Shown: piece after piece, positions 1-13,304 of the stretch
Position numbering within the stretch: the stretch's first letter is position 1
How the letters are laid out: each line of letters opens with the position of its first letter
From: Azolla caroliniana
Taxonomy: Eukaryota > Plantae > Polypodiophyta
Assembly (NCBI GenBank): GCA_043228905.1
Contig: JBHGNT010000005.1
Location: 11,098,001 to 11,162,000 of the forward strand
Reading direction: 5' to 3'
DNA length: 64,000 nucleotides
Notes under the pieces: generated by a model
What the model was told of the DNA's origin: nothing
The model's database searches: none
What the model saw: the letters and a program-made list of their open reading frames with translations, nothing else
Made by a program: the position numbers and the translations under genes

Positions 1-2950
1 CTTTTCGGAATTTTTGCATTTCTCCAAGCATAACCGGAGATAGGCAAGATGTTCTCCTTTCCTGCTGTACACCGCAAAGTCATCCAAGAACACATGCATA
101 AACGCTAGGATAAATTCCCCGAAAATTTCCATGATGATTCGTTGGAACATTGCTAGTGCCTTTCTTTACCGGCCAGATGAACCCAACCCATAGCAACTTG
201 TCGATCTCCTCTTTTACTTTAGCTGCATAATTCGGATTCATCCGGTAATGTCTCTTCGTGACCGGTTTTGCATCATTGCTTAAATGAATCTGGTGTTGAT
301 ATAATTGCGCGTCCAATCCCCGCATGTCTTCATATGACCACACAAATACGTCCCGAAATACTTTCAATAATGTGACGATTGCCGATTTCTCCTCTAGTAG
401 CATTTCTTTGGCCACCTGCACCGATCTTGCTTCTTCGTTGGTTCCCAAATTCACTTCTTCCAATTGTGATGCTTTCACCCATTGTGATACTTCCATCTCC
501 CGCTCTAGGGCCTCTTGTGCTTGTCGCAGTTATTGGATCACGTCCCTATCCGGCTCCTCACTGGCATCCTCCTGTTGCCCAATATATGGGGAGATCGCCT
601 CTACAACGTCCACTTCGAACAGAGGGACTATCCTTGGGTTTTTATCAAGGTAGCGATCTACCTCCTCATTGGCAAGCCCATTCTTGGATTCCAAGAGTAT
701 TGCATGTTCGGAGGCTTATTACGTTTACTCCCGATCTGCCATCGATGATCGTCCCTGGTACTTCCCGTCCTTTGATAATGGTGGTGATTGTGGAACTCCT
801 GGTATCGACCACTGTCAGCCCTTCCGTCGGATTTTAAAAGAATGTCAGAGCCAGTGTGGGGCCTGGTGGGGCCCATGCCGATTTTAAACCATCAGTGAAT
901 CAGAGCACCAATTGCAGTAACCGACCCAGTGGTAGCATGATCTAGCATTCCTGTAATGCCTGCCATGTGGGGTTCTCCTGCTATGTCATCTCTGTAGGTT
1001 CCTCCCATGCGTTCCTTTACTCCTTCAGTTCAGTGACATTCCGTTCATTTGCCTTTTCGATCCATTCCGTTGCTTGTTTGCGGATAGTTTCTTGAGCCTC
1101 CCATTCGGCCATCTTTCCCTTTGATCTAGTGGTGACTTGCTAGATGTCTGCCACTTCCACAACCACTATGTTGACTACAGATCATTTTTCGTTACCCTTT
1201 ACCAGACATTGGTTTCTCTAGTGTCCCTCCTAGCGGCAATAGTAGCAATACACCTTCCATGTATTGCCAGACTCTACTTTTTGCATGTTACCCAATTGAA
1301 ATCCGGATACTACCCGGTTAGGCTGCTCTGCTCTTCTTTGTTTTGTTTGAGCGCTAGTTATGCTTCTGTCCGGCTCTCGTTGGTAATCCTTCACCGGTTC
1401 CCGATGATCCTCTTTCCGAGCATTCCGTTTTTTATTATAGCATCGGTTGTTCCAATATCCAACGAGATTATAGCGTCCGCGCTGGTCTTCATAGTCTCCC
1501 CGTTGATCCTCTCTTCTCTGATTATAGCCGTGGGAGTAATCTTGATTATAACGATCATCGTTATAGTCGCAGCTTCTCTCGCTCTGGTCCTGGTCATACT
1601 CATCCCGTCGGGCACTGTATTGGATGTCTTGTATCGGTCGGTAGCGATCATCTCGCTGAAATCGTTCTTCTTTGTCTTCCCGGTTGTTCTGGGTCTCGAT
1701 GTGCTGGACTGGTGCAGCTTGTTGATTTAGCAGGTTGTACTCGTAGCGGTCCATTGTGTGTGACTGGGAGTGGAATAGCATGCATTGCGATCTCATCGTG
1801 CACTCTATTGTTGAGTACCCGGGGTTAAGGCACGTCGTGCATTGGACCGCCTGGCGAAAGCGCAAGTCCTCTTCGGTAGGGAATGTTCTTTGGAGTGCTC
1901 CCATCGTCAACCATGAACTCGTTTTGTCCATTTCCATGACCCGATCAATGACCTGATCTATTGTGCTTGTCCGAAAATCTATGACCGCACACAATTCGGA
2001 GAGGTTCCTAGAGCGCTGCCCAAAATACCGCTTTTGCTTTTGCTTTTGGCAGTGCTCTGGTGAGTTGACTATGCATTGTTTGGAACCGGATAATGAACTG
2101 CTGAATGGTTTTGAACAGGTCCTGCCATGTCGTATAAAATTGGTCGACAATCTCTCTTTGATCCACCTATCTATGGAAGAAGCGTGGAAATCTAGCATTT
2201 AAATCCTCAAACGTGGCGATAGTGCCGGGGAGGTGCTTGGAGTGCTAATGTGTTGAATTCCGCAAATTTTTATCATTCTACCTCAGTATCGTTCAGTCGT
2301 TGGGAGACATGATTCACCTCCCAAGTTTGGAGAAACACGTATACATGGGCTTCTGCGTCCGGATCATCCCGATACTTTGGATATTCGTAAGGCATTCTGT
2401 TGTCGTCTCCTTGTGTTGTCGGGGCCGGTGTCGGAACTCGTTACTCCTGTTTCGTCGGTGACTCGGGTTGTGGTGTCGGAACTCGCTCCCCCTCTTCGTG
2501 TTCCGCGCTAGTCGTTTTGTCCGGAGCTTCCAGTTTTGTGGTTTCTAGTTATGGTTTTGTTGTCACCGACTCCGGTTTTGTTGCTTCCGGCTTCAGTGTC
2601 GTTATGTGGTCCGATTCGTCATCTTCCGCGTCGTCTAGGGTATCGTGGCTACTACGCTAATTCGATTCGATGTTGTGTTCGCCGTCCGAATCTGATTTGA
2701 TGAAGGAGAACGCTTCCGAACTATCGTCTCTTTCGGCAAGTCTCTGCAAAATGGACTCCGCTTCCTGCAGACTACTCAGACTACCTCCTTCTTCCGGGTG
2801 GTGGTTCTGTTGCAATCAGAGTGACTCCTCCGCGACCCGCCGAATCACTCTGGAAAAAGACCGATCTGACCGGATCTCCTCCACCACCTGCTGGTAAGCC
2901 TCCCACTTTCATAGTCTCTCAGCGAGTCTTCTTGCTCGCTCGGCCACTAG
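1..2950 (-). pseudogene. gag-pol: Degenerate gag-pol (gag, protease, RT start) with frameshifts and stops
   Basis: ORFs 1230-2198 and 80-496 are homologous to the + strand gypsy at 25997-28928. Confidence 0.85.
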
Positions 2951-3008
2951 GTCGTTCATTCGTTTATTCATCCATTCCCCCGCTGTTCACTGCGCTTTTT
3001 GCAAGAAT

Positions 3009-3019
3009 CACGGTCGCCA
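3009..3019 (-). promoter_or_regulatory. Primer-binding site, tRNA-Arg(UCG)-like (TGGCGACCGTG)
   Basis: TGG-starting motif 6 nt inside the LTR; resembles Arg-type PBSs of non-chromoviruses (recalled). Confidence 0.65.
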
Positions 3020-3025
3020 AAACTG

Positions 3026-3464
3026 TGTTGTCACCGGGCTAGACAAGCCACTAACACAGGGTGTCCCTATGGAATACTTCACCAAAGGGGTGGTACCGTA
3101 AGGAATGTGCAGACCATAATACAGAACTGATCCTTCCTGGTTACTATCCGGAATGATTAACTTGATACACTTATATGATAATCATATTAAGTACAGAACA
3201 ATATTAACAAGATAAACAATATGTAATGACACAACACGTCTCTATTAATTATCCATTGCTACTTACATCGTCTCCGGATCCTTTTATAGGTATCCGACTG
3301 GGTAACAAACCGGTGCCAACCAGCAACTGGCTACGAACCGGTTCAGATCCGGATCGGCATACCGATTTCGGGTCCGTCCGTCTGCTCTTATAATTATCAT
3401 AATTTATCTAATTACAACTCCCAAAACCGGCTCTCCTTTCATACTCTAGCCTAACCGTCCAACA
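3026..3464 (-). repeat. 5' LTR (439 bp)
   Basis: TG..CA ends; TATAAAAG on the minus strand near 3285; shares blocks (ctaacacagggtgtc...acttcaccaaagggg) with LTRs 12869-13302 and 16406-16839. Confidence 0.85.
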
Positions 3465-5515
3465 AAATACAACTCATGTGCAGACACCTTTTCTCTTATT
3501 CGATTCTGGATGTAGACCATGGTTCGTACTGGTTAGGCCCAATAGAACTTGGGCATGCTCTTTCTTCGAGTATCGCCCGTGCTGCCTCCACAACCAAATG
3601 ATTCTTCCTTTTGGCTACGTTGTTTTGTTCTGGCATATATCTGCAATTGAATTCGAGCCGAATTCCACTTTGTTGTAGATAAAAGTTGAATTGGTCGGAA
3701 AACTACTCTTTTCCTCCATCTGACCGCAAACACTTGATCTTCCTCTCTGTTTCCCTTTCAACAAGATTTTTCAAGTTTCGGAAACAGTTGAAGACTTCAC
3801 TCCTCCTTTAGATGAGGTAGATCCATGTGTGTCGACTGTAGTCGTCGATGAAGGAGACAAAATATCGACTCCCACCAAGACTTCCGTTCTGTGTCGGTTC
3901 CCATACATCTGAGTGTATCAAGTCGAGCGTATTTCGACTTCGGTTATGCTTGTTTGCGAAAGGAAGTTGGTGTTGCTTCCCTAGCTGGTAGGCTTCACAA
4001 ATTGGAGCCTTATGGCCACTGAACTTCGGCATCCGAACACAGCTTGTTTCGAGTGTAGGTCCTGAAGCCTCTTGTAGTTGACGTGGCCTATCCGCTTATG
4101 CCACAAGTCGATATCGGACTCGACTTTCTGTCCTTTGGTGAACAACACGGTGCCTCGTCATTCGTGTTGAGGATGAACATCCTCCCGTCTCTACGCCCTT
4201 GCGCAATAATTTGGCCCTCATCCTCGATGAAGCACTCCAGATGCGTGAATTGCACTTGCATTCCCTGGTCGACGATCTATCCGACGGACACCATATTCTT
4301 TGTTATTGTCGGGACGTGTAACACGTTCATGAGCTTTCCCTTGTGCCCAACATGGCTGAGGGGGACTTCACCGACATGCTCGATGGTATGTGGGGGGTCG
4401 TCTCCGATTTTGACCACCTCCGGTTGTTCTGGTTTTTCTAGATAACCAAACCACTCCGCATGGCTTGTCATATGGTTTGATGCTCCGGAATCAACATACC
4501 ATACCTCATTCCTGGTCAAGGTGCTTGTTTTCATCGAATTGACCTTGTGTTTCATCACAAAGGCCGGGCCCAATCCATCTCCAGAACTGGATCCTTCTGG
4601 TCCCTTTGCATAGTGCGAGCTTTGCCGGTTTCCCCGACCGGTCTCGCCGGATCCGGATTTTTCCGAATCGGCATGCTTCTTCCAGCACTCGCTCTCTCTG
4701 TTGCCCTTCTGGCCACAGTACCAACATTCTGTTGTGGTCTTCTCTTGCCAGCTCCCAACACATCCTTGACTCCCCATGCTTGTGGACAGTCCGGAACTAT
4801 TGTTCGCACCATCATTGTGCCTCCGGTTCTGCTCTTGTCGGCCGCTTACTCCGCGTGCCGACCCACCTTGTCCTCCACACCCATGGGGCCGATCTGCCTT
4901 CGTGTACAACATCCAACTGTCCGATTGAGTGGTCCTTCACCCACTTGTGTGGTTTTCTTCGACCATTAGCATTGATTGCAGGTCAAAGAAGGACAATGGT
5001 TTCTCCCGAGTGCAAATAGTCTTCCGGATAGACCCACACCTTTGCACTAGACCACCAAGGCAAATTTGTACCATTTCGTCTTCATCCACCGTGAGATTGA
5101 TGGACCCTAATGTGTCGCAGATCTCCTTTACCTTCATGGTGTAGTCGGTAACCGACATGTCCCGTTGTCGGATACTATTGAGCTCTTGCTTGAGTTGCAA
5201 CTTCTGAGCCCTGGTACTTGCGGCGAAAATCTTTTTCAAATTTTCATAGGCCTCCTTTAGGGTCTTCACGTCTCTGATGTAGCTAAGCATCTGGTCATGC
5301 ACACAGGACGCGAGACAATACAACACTCTGCTCGCTCCTTGTTCCCACACTGGAAAGTCTTTGTGTGTTGACTACGGTGTTGCTACATTTGCTCCTTCTA
5401 CATAGCTCCAGCAACCATCCCCCAACAAATACCGGTGCATCTTGTACGACTACGATGCATAGTTGCTTCCGTCGAGCTTTTCCATAGGAAGCAAGCTTGT
5501 GATATTTCTGTCCAT
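3465..5515 (-). pseudogene. gag-pol: Copia gag-protease-integrase, disrupted
   Basis: ORFs 4937-5350, 4277-4912 and 3808-4032. Confidence 0.85.
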
Positions 5516-5767
5516 TTTTTTCCTTCTTTTCTTTTACGAAACCGAGAACTTGTCTCTGTCTTGTTCGCTTGCTTTTCTGTTAGCTGCAGAGGAGTCTCAA
5601 CCCTTGCCCTCTGATACCATGTGAAAGTTATGTGTAGAAGCTATACGTACAATAGAATAGTGAGCACAAGGTTTAATGGAAATCTTAGAATGAAAGGAAA
5701 CACAAAGTAAGTGGGAGAGACAGAGAGAGCAAACACACATAAACTTAATTCAAACAATACAATACGC

Positions 5768-6887
5768 TGTCGTGAAGATTTTCGGCAATGGTGTGAAAAT
5801 CGCATAAAACATACGAAATCAAGTATGAATCATATAAAACAATAATAGTGAAAATACTATTTTAAATAAGTTTAATATCTTAGTACAAAAAGATGGAGGT
5901 CTTCAAGAGCTTTCGAATGCACTTTACTACATAAGAAATGGACATCTAAGACTCAAGTTATGTGGGTAAGAAGTTTGCAAAGGAAAAGAGAAAGATAAAA
6001 CTGTGAGATATCCCACATAGACAACACAAATAAGGATCTCACCATATATAAGGCAGAGCAAAAGCTGTTATCTTTGTGTCTATGTGTGGAGTATAGAGAG
6101 TTGAAGATGACTTGAACTAAGCTAATTGGATGAGTGGGTGTGGCCTAGCTACTTGTAAAGGTTTTGGCCAACCAAAACCAGCGGCAACTGGCGACGGAGC
6201 CGGTGATCGGCAAGTAGCAACGAGCGGGTGACTAGCAAGCGACTCGGGATGTAGACTGGGCCAGACCACACAAATGCAAATCAGACGGATCGGTCTGGTT
6301 GGTTGATTGCGGTGCATGGTGTCTTAAAGATATTTGGTCCAAAAGCCTAATAGTATTTTGTGCATAGAAGATGTAAGCAAGACTTGAACTTTGCACCTCC
6401 AAGATAGGAAGCAATAAGCCTACCATTTCTTTAGTGGTTATATTTTTATCATTATAGGTTTACATGTAAATTCTCATATTAGAGCTTGATTGAGTGACAT
6501 GTGATGCATGAACGCCAAATGGCAAACATGCATTCCATGCATTGTATGCATGTCTTGTACCCTCACATGCATCATATGCATGGGAGCATCTATAAAAGGG
6601 TGGATGAAAAAAATCAAAGGGGGGCGATGTATTAATCAAGAAATTAAAAGTAAAAAACTCATTATCCAATGGATGTATCAATCTTGTTCTTCAAATCTAA
6701 AGTCAAGAATTCAATCTTATTCTCTCTCAATCTAAAGTCAAGCGTTCTATCTTATCTCAATCTCTCTCTCTTTCAATCTATCTTAATTCCTTTCTCGCTA
6801 AAGTTAGTGCAAACTTTGAGTCCTTCCGGTCCAGAACCCCGGCGGTTCCCCTTCACGATCCGCACGTAGTGACGGATCTTCACGACA
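5768..6887 (+). mobile_element. Solo-LTR-like insertion (1120 bp) with 4-bp TSD ACGC
   Basis: TGTCGTGAAGAT...ATCTTCACGACA terminal inverted repeat; ACGC at 5764-5767 and 6888-6891; related copy at 47937-49217. Orientation is tentative. Confidence 0.8.
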
Positions 6888-7125
6888 ACGCTCTGTACAA
6901 AGGATGTATTTAGAGAGCAGTTTTATACATGTCCATACGGACTGACCAAAGTACTAATCCATACTTTAATTCTCATCAATGAGCCCCTATACTAACTCCC
7001 AAACTATATTCCTCCGTGGAATATCTATCCAACGGCCTCTTGGTTTATGCACCGATACGGCCTTTAGTTACGCACCCAGTCTACGCATTGGTTTACGCAC
7101 CCAATGTTATGCTTGTATCTCAACA

Positions 7126-8938
7126 AACTCCAACCTGTTGACAATATTTAGTAGAGGGATATGTTTGTGATGGATTATACCCTGAAGATCTAGGACTTGT
7201 GTGGTCACTCGACTCCATCAATATTACAGTTGACGACAACGAGATGATGCAAATTTTCCTTAGTAACCTCACACATAAGTATGGTGCATTTAGAACCACC
7301 ATAAGAATAATGTAGAACCCCTCAAGCCTTTTTGACTTATAATCATTGGAGATGGTTGTAGAGAACCATATAAGGTCAAAAAGTGTGACATCTAATGGCA
7401 AATGACTTATACATAGGAAGATGTTGTCAAGGTCACAATCTTGGAAATCAGGGGAGGAATGGCTGAGGAAGAGGTGGACAACGTCTAGAATAGTTTGATT
7501 TTTGGTAGTAAGAAGATGGAAGCATCTGAGTGGATAGCCGTTCAAGGGAGAGCTTCTATCAATCCACATCCACCCCATAAAATCCACAAATTGAGGGTTG
7601 ACATTGTGGAAAGTCTACCCACTTCGAAGTAGAGTGTTAGAACAAGAAGAATGACACAACAACCTTGCCCCAATAACAAATGAACTATGCTAAAACATTT
7701 GGCTGAGATATAAAAGACCAAATGTTTGGCTTGTGACACTAGGTGAATTGCATAACGAGCACTTCCAACCTAATCATGTTTGGTTCATCGACTTACAAGC
7801 CCCAAATCACATGATGAGCCATTAGCAATGGTTTACAATATAAGGGAACTAAGAGACTAGACATGGTGTTGATTGATGATTATCCCACACACATGATCAA
7901 GCACATTGGGGATTTTCTTCTTTACCAATGACGACAAGAAGACCTATATCAAGGATGTACTACATGTCCTAAGAATCACAAAGGATTTGTTCTCAGTTGG
8001 CCAAATTGTTGATCAAGGAAAGCAAGTATGATTCAACCAGGGAAGTTGCTTTATTGAGTATAACGACTTGGCTTATTGCTTATGTGAGAAGAGATGATCA
8101 CATGTTTATCTTGAATGCAACCAAAGTAAACACCACGATGTACGCAAAGGAACTAGGCCAACTCTGATATTGAGTTGTGGCACAAGAGAGTTAGTTGGCC
8201 ATATAAACCTCGATAAACTCTTATTGATATTGTAAAGAATTGGGTATGATTCTTGTGCAACGGAGAGATATGTGTTATGTGTATGTGTGAAAGGAAAAAG
8301 AGGAGAGAAGAGAAAACACAAGATAGATAGATAGGAACACAATGAATTACTCAAGAAGAAGATGTATATTCACAAGTAGAATAAGAGATACAAAAATGTA
8401 GCATTACAAGGAGTCACAACCGACTTAGTATGAAGTATGAGGAGGGTGCTTTATATATAGTCACCCTCTCTCTTCACTAAGTAACTACAACAACCACTCT
8501 CTCTTGGGGAATGTGAAGACTCATAGTCATGGGGAATATGTAACTCATTAGTTATGTGTCATAGAATATGATTCTATGAGACATATTTAATGTGTAGAGA
8601 GTAGTGGTGTGACTCTTGACCTTTGAGTAATCATAGATTCTCAAAAGGTGTGTTCACATGTTGCACTATGTTGAGCTTGATTCTCAACAGATATTGATAA
8701 AAGGAGTTGTGCAAAAGTTGTTGCAATTTTTTCTAAAAAAATCCAATAATGTATACAAAGTGTGCTAGCTAGGCAAACAACAAAAACAGTCATTCTCGAG
8801 TGAATATGAGTAAATGATTGTTAGATATCATAATTTCACTTGGATTTATGGGGCTAACCTCAAAACAAAAGATTTAGTGGGTATATATACTTTGACAATT
8901 ACCTTCATCGACAATTATTTGCAACATACCTAGATATG
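7126..8938 (+). pseudogene. Highly decayed copia gag-PR-INT fragment (oldest layer)
   Basis: Remnants of DYTLKI, DDNEMMQI, KDLFSVGQIVDQG and ELWHKR. Confidence 0.7.
8231..8689 (-). mobile_element. Copia solo LTR (459 bp)
   Basis: TGTAAAG...tgttgagcttgattctcaaca; TSD GATAT at 8226-8230 and 8690-8694. Confidence 0.9.
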
Positions 8939-9914
8939 TGTAAAAGATTACATGGCGGAAGCAGTATGTGTGAACATAGCCTGCTCAGCCATACATTAGA
9001 GACTAGATAGTTAGGAATACATAGACTAGGAGAGAGAGAGAGAGGGACTAAGTGAGCAGACAGAATTTGTATTATCAAAAGACCTAATACTCAGTACATA
9101 CAATGTGCTTATAGAGCACTTTTTATACAAGCCCTAACAAGTGGCCTAACACAAAGTACTATCACTACTCTTATGCTCATTAACTGAGCCTAACGCTGAT
9201 TAGCCCACAATGGGCCTATTTACTAAAATCAGTCTGTCAGATTCCTTCCTACCTGACCAGCCGATTTGGCCTACCAACCGATTCATCTCATGGGTTATTC
9301 AATCGATTAGGATCTAGTCGATCTTCCTTCGTCCGACCCGTCTCTCAGCTTCTTCAGCCAATTCGGCCCATGTTGAGCTTGTCACTCAACACACTCTCTC
9401 AAGCTCAACTTGAGGTCCCGATGTGTTAGCTCCAACTGGATTTTGCACCTAGCATCTCCTAGCGTATTCACACCTTGTTCACGCTGCTCGTCTAGTCGGG
9501 TCCCATGTCCCACGATCCCTCTGGTCCAACGCTCCTCGACCCGTTCAGATCCTTGCTTCTCGATCCCTACGGTCAACTCGTCTGCTCCTCAGGCCCCCCT
9601 TGTCAACCTGGCCTTCACATGATCCATCTCATCCAGATCACTTTTCATCTAATCACATCCTAGTCTCGGCCTTCATCTTTAGGTTGCCTCTGCCCTTCTT
9701 GGGTCTGCCACCTGCCTTGCCTTTCTCAGCTTTGACCCCCCCTATTCAGTTGGCTCCGACTTTGGCTGTCTCTTTCGACCGCTCCTACTACAACTAGCTA
9801 GTCTTCCCTTGCCTATTCTTCTTCCACTTGTCCTCTCGTCTGATCTCTCATTGGCTTCTTCAGCCAATCCAGACATTCTGTCTTCTTCAGTCGTCCCGAA
9901 ATTGAATTCCACAT

Positions 9915-10210
9915 GGGTGAAAGCATGCGAATGGAAACACTATTATAGCTATTTAGCTGGTAAATTGACCACAGCTAAATAGTTTTTTTATAGCTAATTT
10001 TTAGTAGGAAGATCTTAAAGATACGTATCATTTATGATGGGGATGGAAATATTAGCATTTATGGTCCACCGTTTAGCTAGTCTTTATTTGAGATCAAATT
10101 CTAATCATCCCTAAAATTGCCAAAATATATAGATTACATGTAGCTAATTAGATAGCTAATTAGCTATGTCAAGGACATAGCTAATTGTTCCCATTCCCAT
10201 GCTTTCACCC
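9915..10210. mobile_element. MITE (296 bp), 25-bp TIRs, 4-bp TSD ACAT; Sola-like
   Basis: GGGTGAAAGCATGCGAATGGAAACA at the left end and its inverted copy (2 mismatches) at 10186-10210; ACAT at 9911-9914 and 10211-10214. Confidence 0.85.
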
Positions 10211-10249
10211 ACATCCGTTTCGGCTTTTTGGACTTCATCTCTCTCCATT

Positions 10250-12345
10250 TTGCCTTTGCTTTTGCTACTTCTCCCCTCAAGTTTGGCATGTCGAGGTGTT
10301 GTAGGCCAAGCATACTCAAAAAATGCCGCAACTTGTCTAGGCCGAGAGGTTTGGTGAAGATATCGTCAACTTGTTGATCCGTCGGAACATATACAAGTTT
10401 GACTTCACCGGAGAGAACTCCCTCGCGGACAAAATGAGAATGCACCTCAATGTCCTTCGTGCAAGCATGGAAGATAGGGTTTTTTGGTAGGTGGATGTTG
10501 TTGAGGTTGTCACGATATATCACTGTCGGCTCAAATAACTCCATCTGCAAATCCTTCAAGAGCGTCTTGAGCCATATGGCTTCGCATATCGCGATAGCCG
10601 CTCCTCTATATTCAGCCTCGATGCTTAACTGTGCCACTATCAGTAGCTTTTTGCTTCTCCAAGAAATCTCGACGCTCCCTAGTGAAAACACATATGCCAA
10701 TGTTGATCTACGATCACCAACATTTCCATCCCAATCGACATTCGTGTAGCCGTAGCCGACCAACTGTCTGGCTACACTAGTTTGATACAATGACACCCTA
10801 TCATTAGTGTCGTTGACATATCTCAAGATTCTTTGCGTGCATTGAAGATGCTTGATCGTCGACTGTGACATAAATTGACTAATTAGTCCAACTAGATAGC
10901 CGAGGTCACATATATGAGGCTTCCGATAGTCTGTCAGAACTATGTTGCGTCGCACACCGTTCCCGATCTAGGGCAAAGTTTGACGTTTTTGTCAAGAGGA
11001 CTCAAGACGATTTGCAATCTGTCATTTTGAACTTGAAGAGCATACTCACCACATAATGCCTTTGGCTGATTAGTATGCCTTCTGGGGTGCAGATCACTTC
11101 GATCCCAAGTAATGAAGGTCAATTTCCTCCTAGTCGGCGTCGGTGATGACCATGTCATCCACATGTAACAGAATGCTAACCAGCCCGTTCCGACCTTGTC
11201 GGATGGACAACAATGTGTCCGACTTCAACGACAAAACCCCATCCGTCACAATCTCTACATGATGTTTATGTTCCAAGCACGAGAGGCTTTGCTTTAGTCT
11301 ATGGAGGGACTTCTTTAGTTGGCAGATGATCGATATGTTCAATCTGGACTGAAATCTAGGAGGATGCACCATATACAGATGTTCCTCAAGCTATCCTTGT
11401 AGGAATGCATTCTTTATGTCCATCTAGTGTAGGTACCATCCCTTCATTGCGGCTACTACCAACAACACCCAGATGGCACAAATGTCTTGTTATAGTCAAT
11501 GTCATGTTGTTGTACGTAGCCCTTGGTCACTTGTCGGGCCTTCTACCGGTTGATGGAGCCGTCACTGTTGTACTTTACCTTGTACACCCACCTGCATCCA
11601 ATCGGCTTCACACCCTTGGGGTCATAAACAAGGTCCCAGGTTTCGTTCTCCGCCAATACATGAATCTCTTCCTCCATTGCGTCTTTCTCCACCTCTACAT
11701 AGCTCTCCTGCTCATGCACTGCCGCCACCTTCACCATATACACATAGTGATGCGCCATGTATTCATTGTACCTATAGTGGATTACGGGGTTCTTCGAATG
11801 GATGGATCGGCACAACCTCTGATTTGCTGATTACAAGGAACTCTTGGCCAATTGTGACCTCATTTTTGAAGGTCCATCATTTCTCTTGGCTGCATTGGAT
11901 TTGCTCTGGTTGGATGCGCCAGCCTCTACGCCATTTTCCGGCATCTTCATCTTCCCTTTGTCCTTGCACGCGGGAAACTCAGCCTCATCCTCAGAATTTG
12001 GAATGGAGTAAATGGGGGTCGAAGACGAAGGCAAGTACAACTTGTCGAATATGACATCTTTATTAACTCAAACCTATTTCGTTCAAGGGTTATAACATTT
12101 ATAACCTTTATGTTCATCTGAGTAGAAAACCAAAATGCACTTCTCCGCTTTCGCATCCAACATTCTCCTCTTCTCTTTCGGCACATGCACATATACTATG
12201 CTCCCGAAAACCCTCAAGTATTCGAAGTTTGTTTTCTGCTCGAAATAGAGCTCGTGTGGCGACTCTCCTCCATTTGTAGTTGTCTGATGTTGCACATAAA
12301 CAGTCGTCCTGACCGCTTCGGCTGGCAGTATAACGTTGGTGTATG
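10250..12345 (-). pseudogene. pol: Copia A pol (integrase C-terminus, RT, RNase H), disrupted
   Basis: ORF 10164-10955 (RRST...DIFTKPL), [37 protein letters not shown]. Confidence 0.9.
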
Positions 12346-12868
12346 TGTTGGGAAATTAGTCTCTCCGGATGGGATCCGATGAGGAATAAAGAGGACCCTG
12401 TGAGAACCGGAAAAGAGCTAGTGAGAACAAGAAGAGATCCGGAAACCGGATCGGTGGACCCGGTGAGAACCAAAAGAAAAGACAGACTTGTAAATATGTC
12501 TTGAATAAGCCCATTGAGGCTATATTTGTAAATAGACCTAAGTTCATATAACTATAAATATGACTTAGGACAATCATTTTAATTCGTGTTGTTGTCATGT
12601 TGCTGTAACTATTGTATAGAGAGAGAGAGAGAGAAAGAGATACAAAGTGATACTCTGTTGTAACCGCCACTGTGCGAAGAAACACAGCTCGAGGTCGTGG
12701 CCTCTATGTCTCTGAATGTACCCCCTTTCTCTTCATAGTGATAGTTCAGAGTCTGTGGGCTCCCGTGGTTTTTTCCCTATTAGGGTTTTCCACGTAAGCA
12801 TCCTGTGTCATTTTTCCTTTTGTGTACTCTCCATTTCCCATTTCTGTGTTTGATTCTTAAAGAAGTAT

Positions 12869-13302
12869 TGTTAACTCTTAGGGCCAGACAATGGCCTAAC
12901 ACAGGGTGTCTACGGAAGACACTTCACCAAAGGGGTGTTACGGCAAGAGGATTAGGCTCAACGATTAATCCGACTTAATTAGGTTACTTAGCAAGATCGT
13001 CCTTAATAATCACACGCGTAAGATATAACAATGAATGCAGAACGACAATTAACACACAGAGATAAAAACACTAAGCTTCGTTAATTATCCGATGCTCATT
13101 ACATTGTATCCGGGCCTTTAAATAGGTTTCCGGTTTGTAGTACAAAATGGTGCCATCCGCACCTGTTCGGGATCGGTCCGGATCCGGAATGGCATACCGA
13201 TTCCGGTCCGTCTGTCCACACTAATAGCTTACTTACAACCATTCCTAATAATTAAATAACTCCTTCGTTTCACACTCTGGACTCCTTTGTCGGCTGGTAA
13301 CA
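12869..13302 (-). repeat. 3' LTR
   Basis: Direct repeat of 16406-16839. Confidence 0.95.
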
Positions 13303-13304
13303 CA

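Larger units (their letters stand above)
1..3464 (-). mobile_element. Ty3/gypsy non-chromovirus LTR retrotransposon (Phygy/Selgy-like), 5' portion; runs off the left edge
   Basis: LTR 3026-3464 (TGTTG...CAACA), PBS-like site at 3009-3019, gag with tandem CCHC knuckles (CTTCLNPGYSTIEC), RT N-terminus (YRMNPNYAAKVKEEIDKLL). Inserted into a copia integrase region at 3465. Confidence 0.9.
3465..7125 (-). mobile_element. Ty1/copia element, 5' half (gag-PR-INT, PBS, 5' LTR 5620-7125 interrupted by an insertion)
   Basis: WYVDSGASNHMT protease, CWYCGQKGNRESEC knuckle, IHSDVW integrase, PBS TGGTATCAGAG at 5609-5619, LTR ending tgttatgcttgtatctcaaca. Confidence 0.9.

Noticed and set aside
1137-1730. 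Hydrophobic 197-aa membrane-protein-like ORF
   Set aside because: It is the antisense shadow of the R/D/Q-rich gag region.
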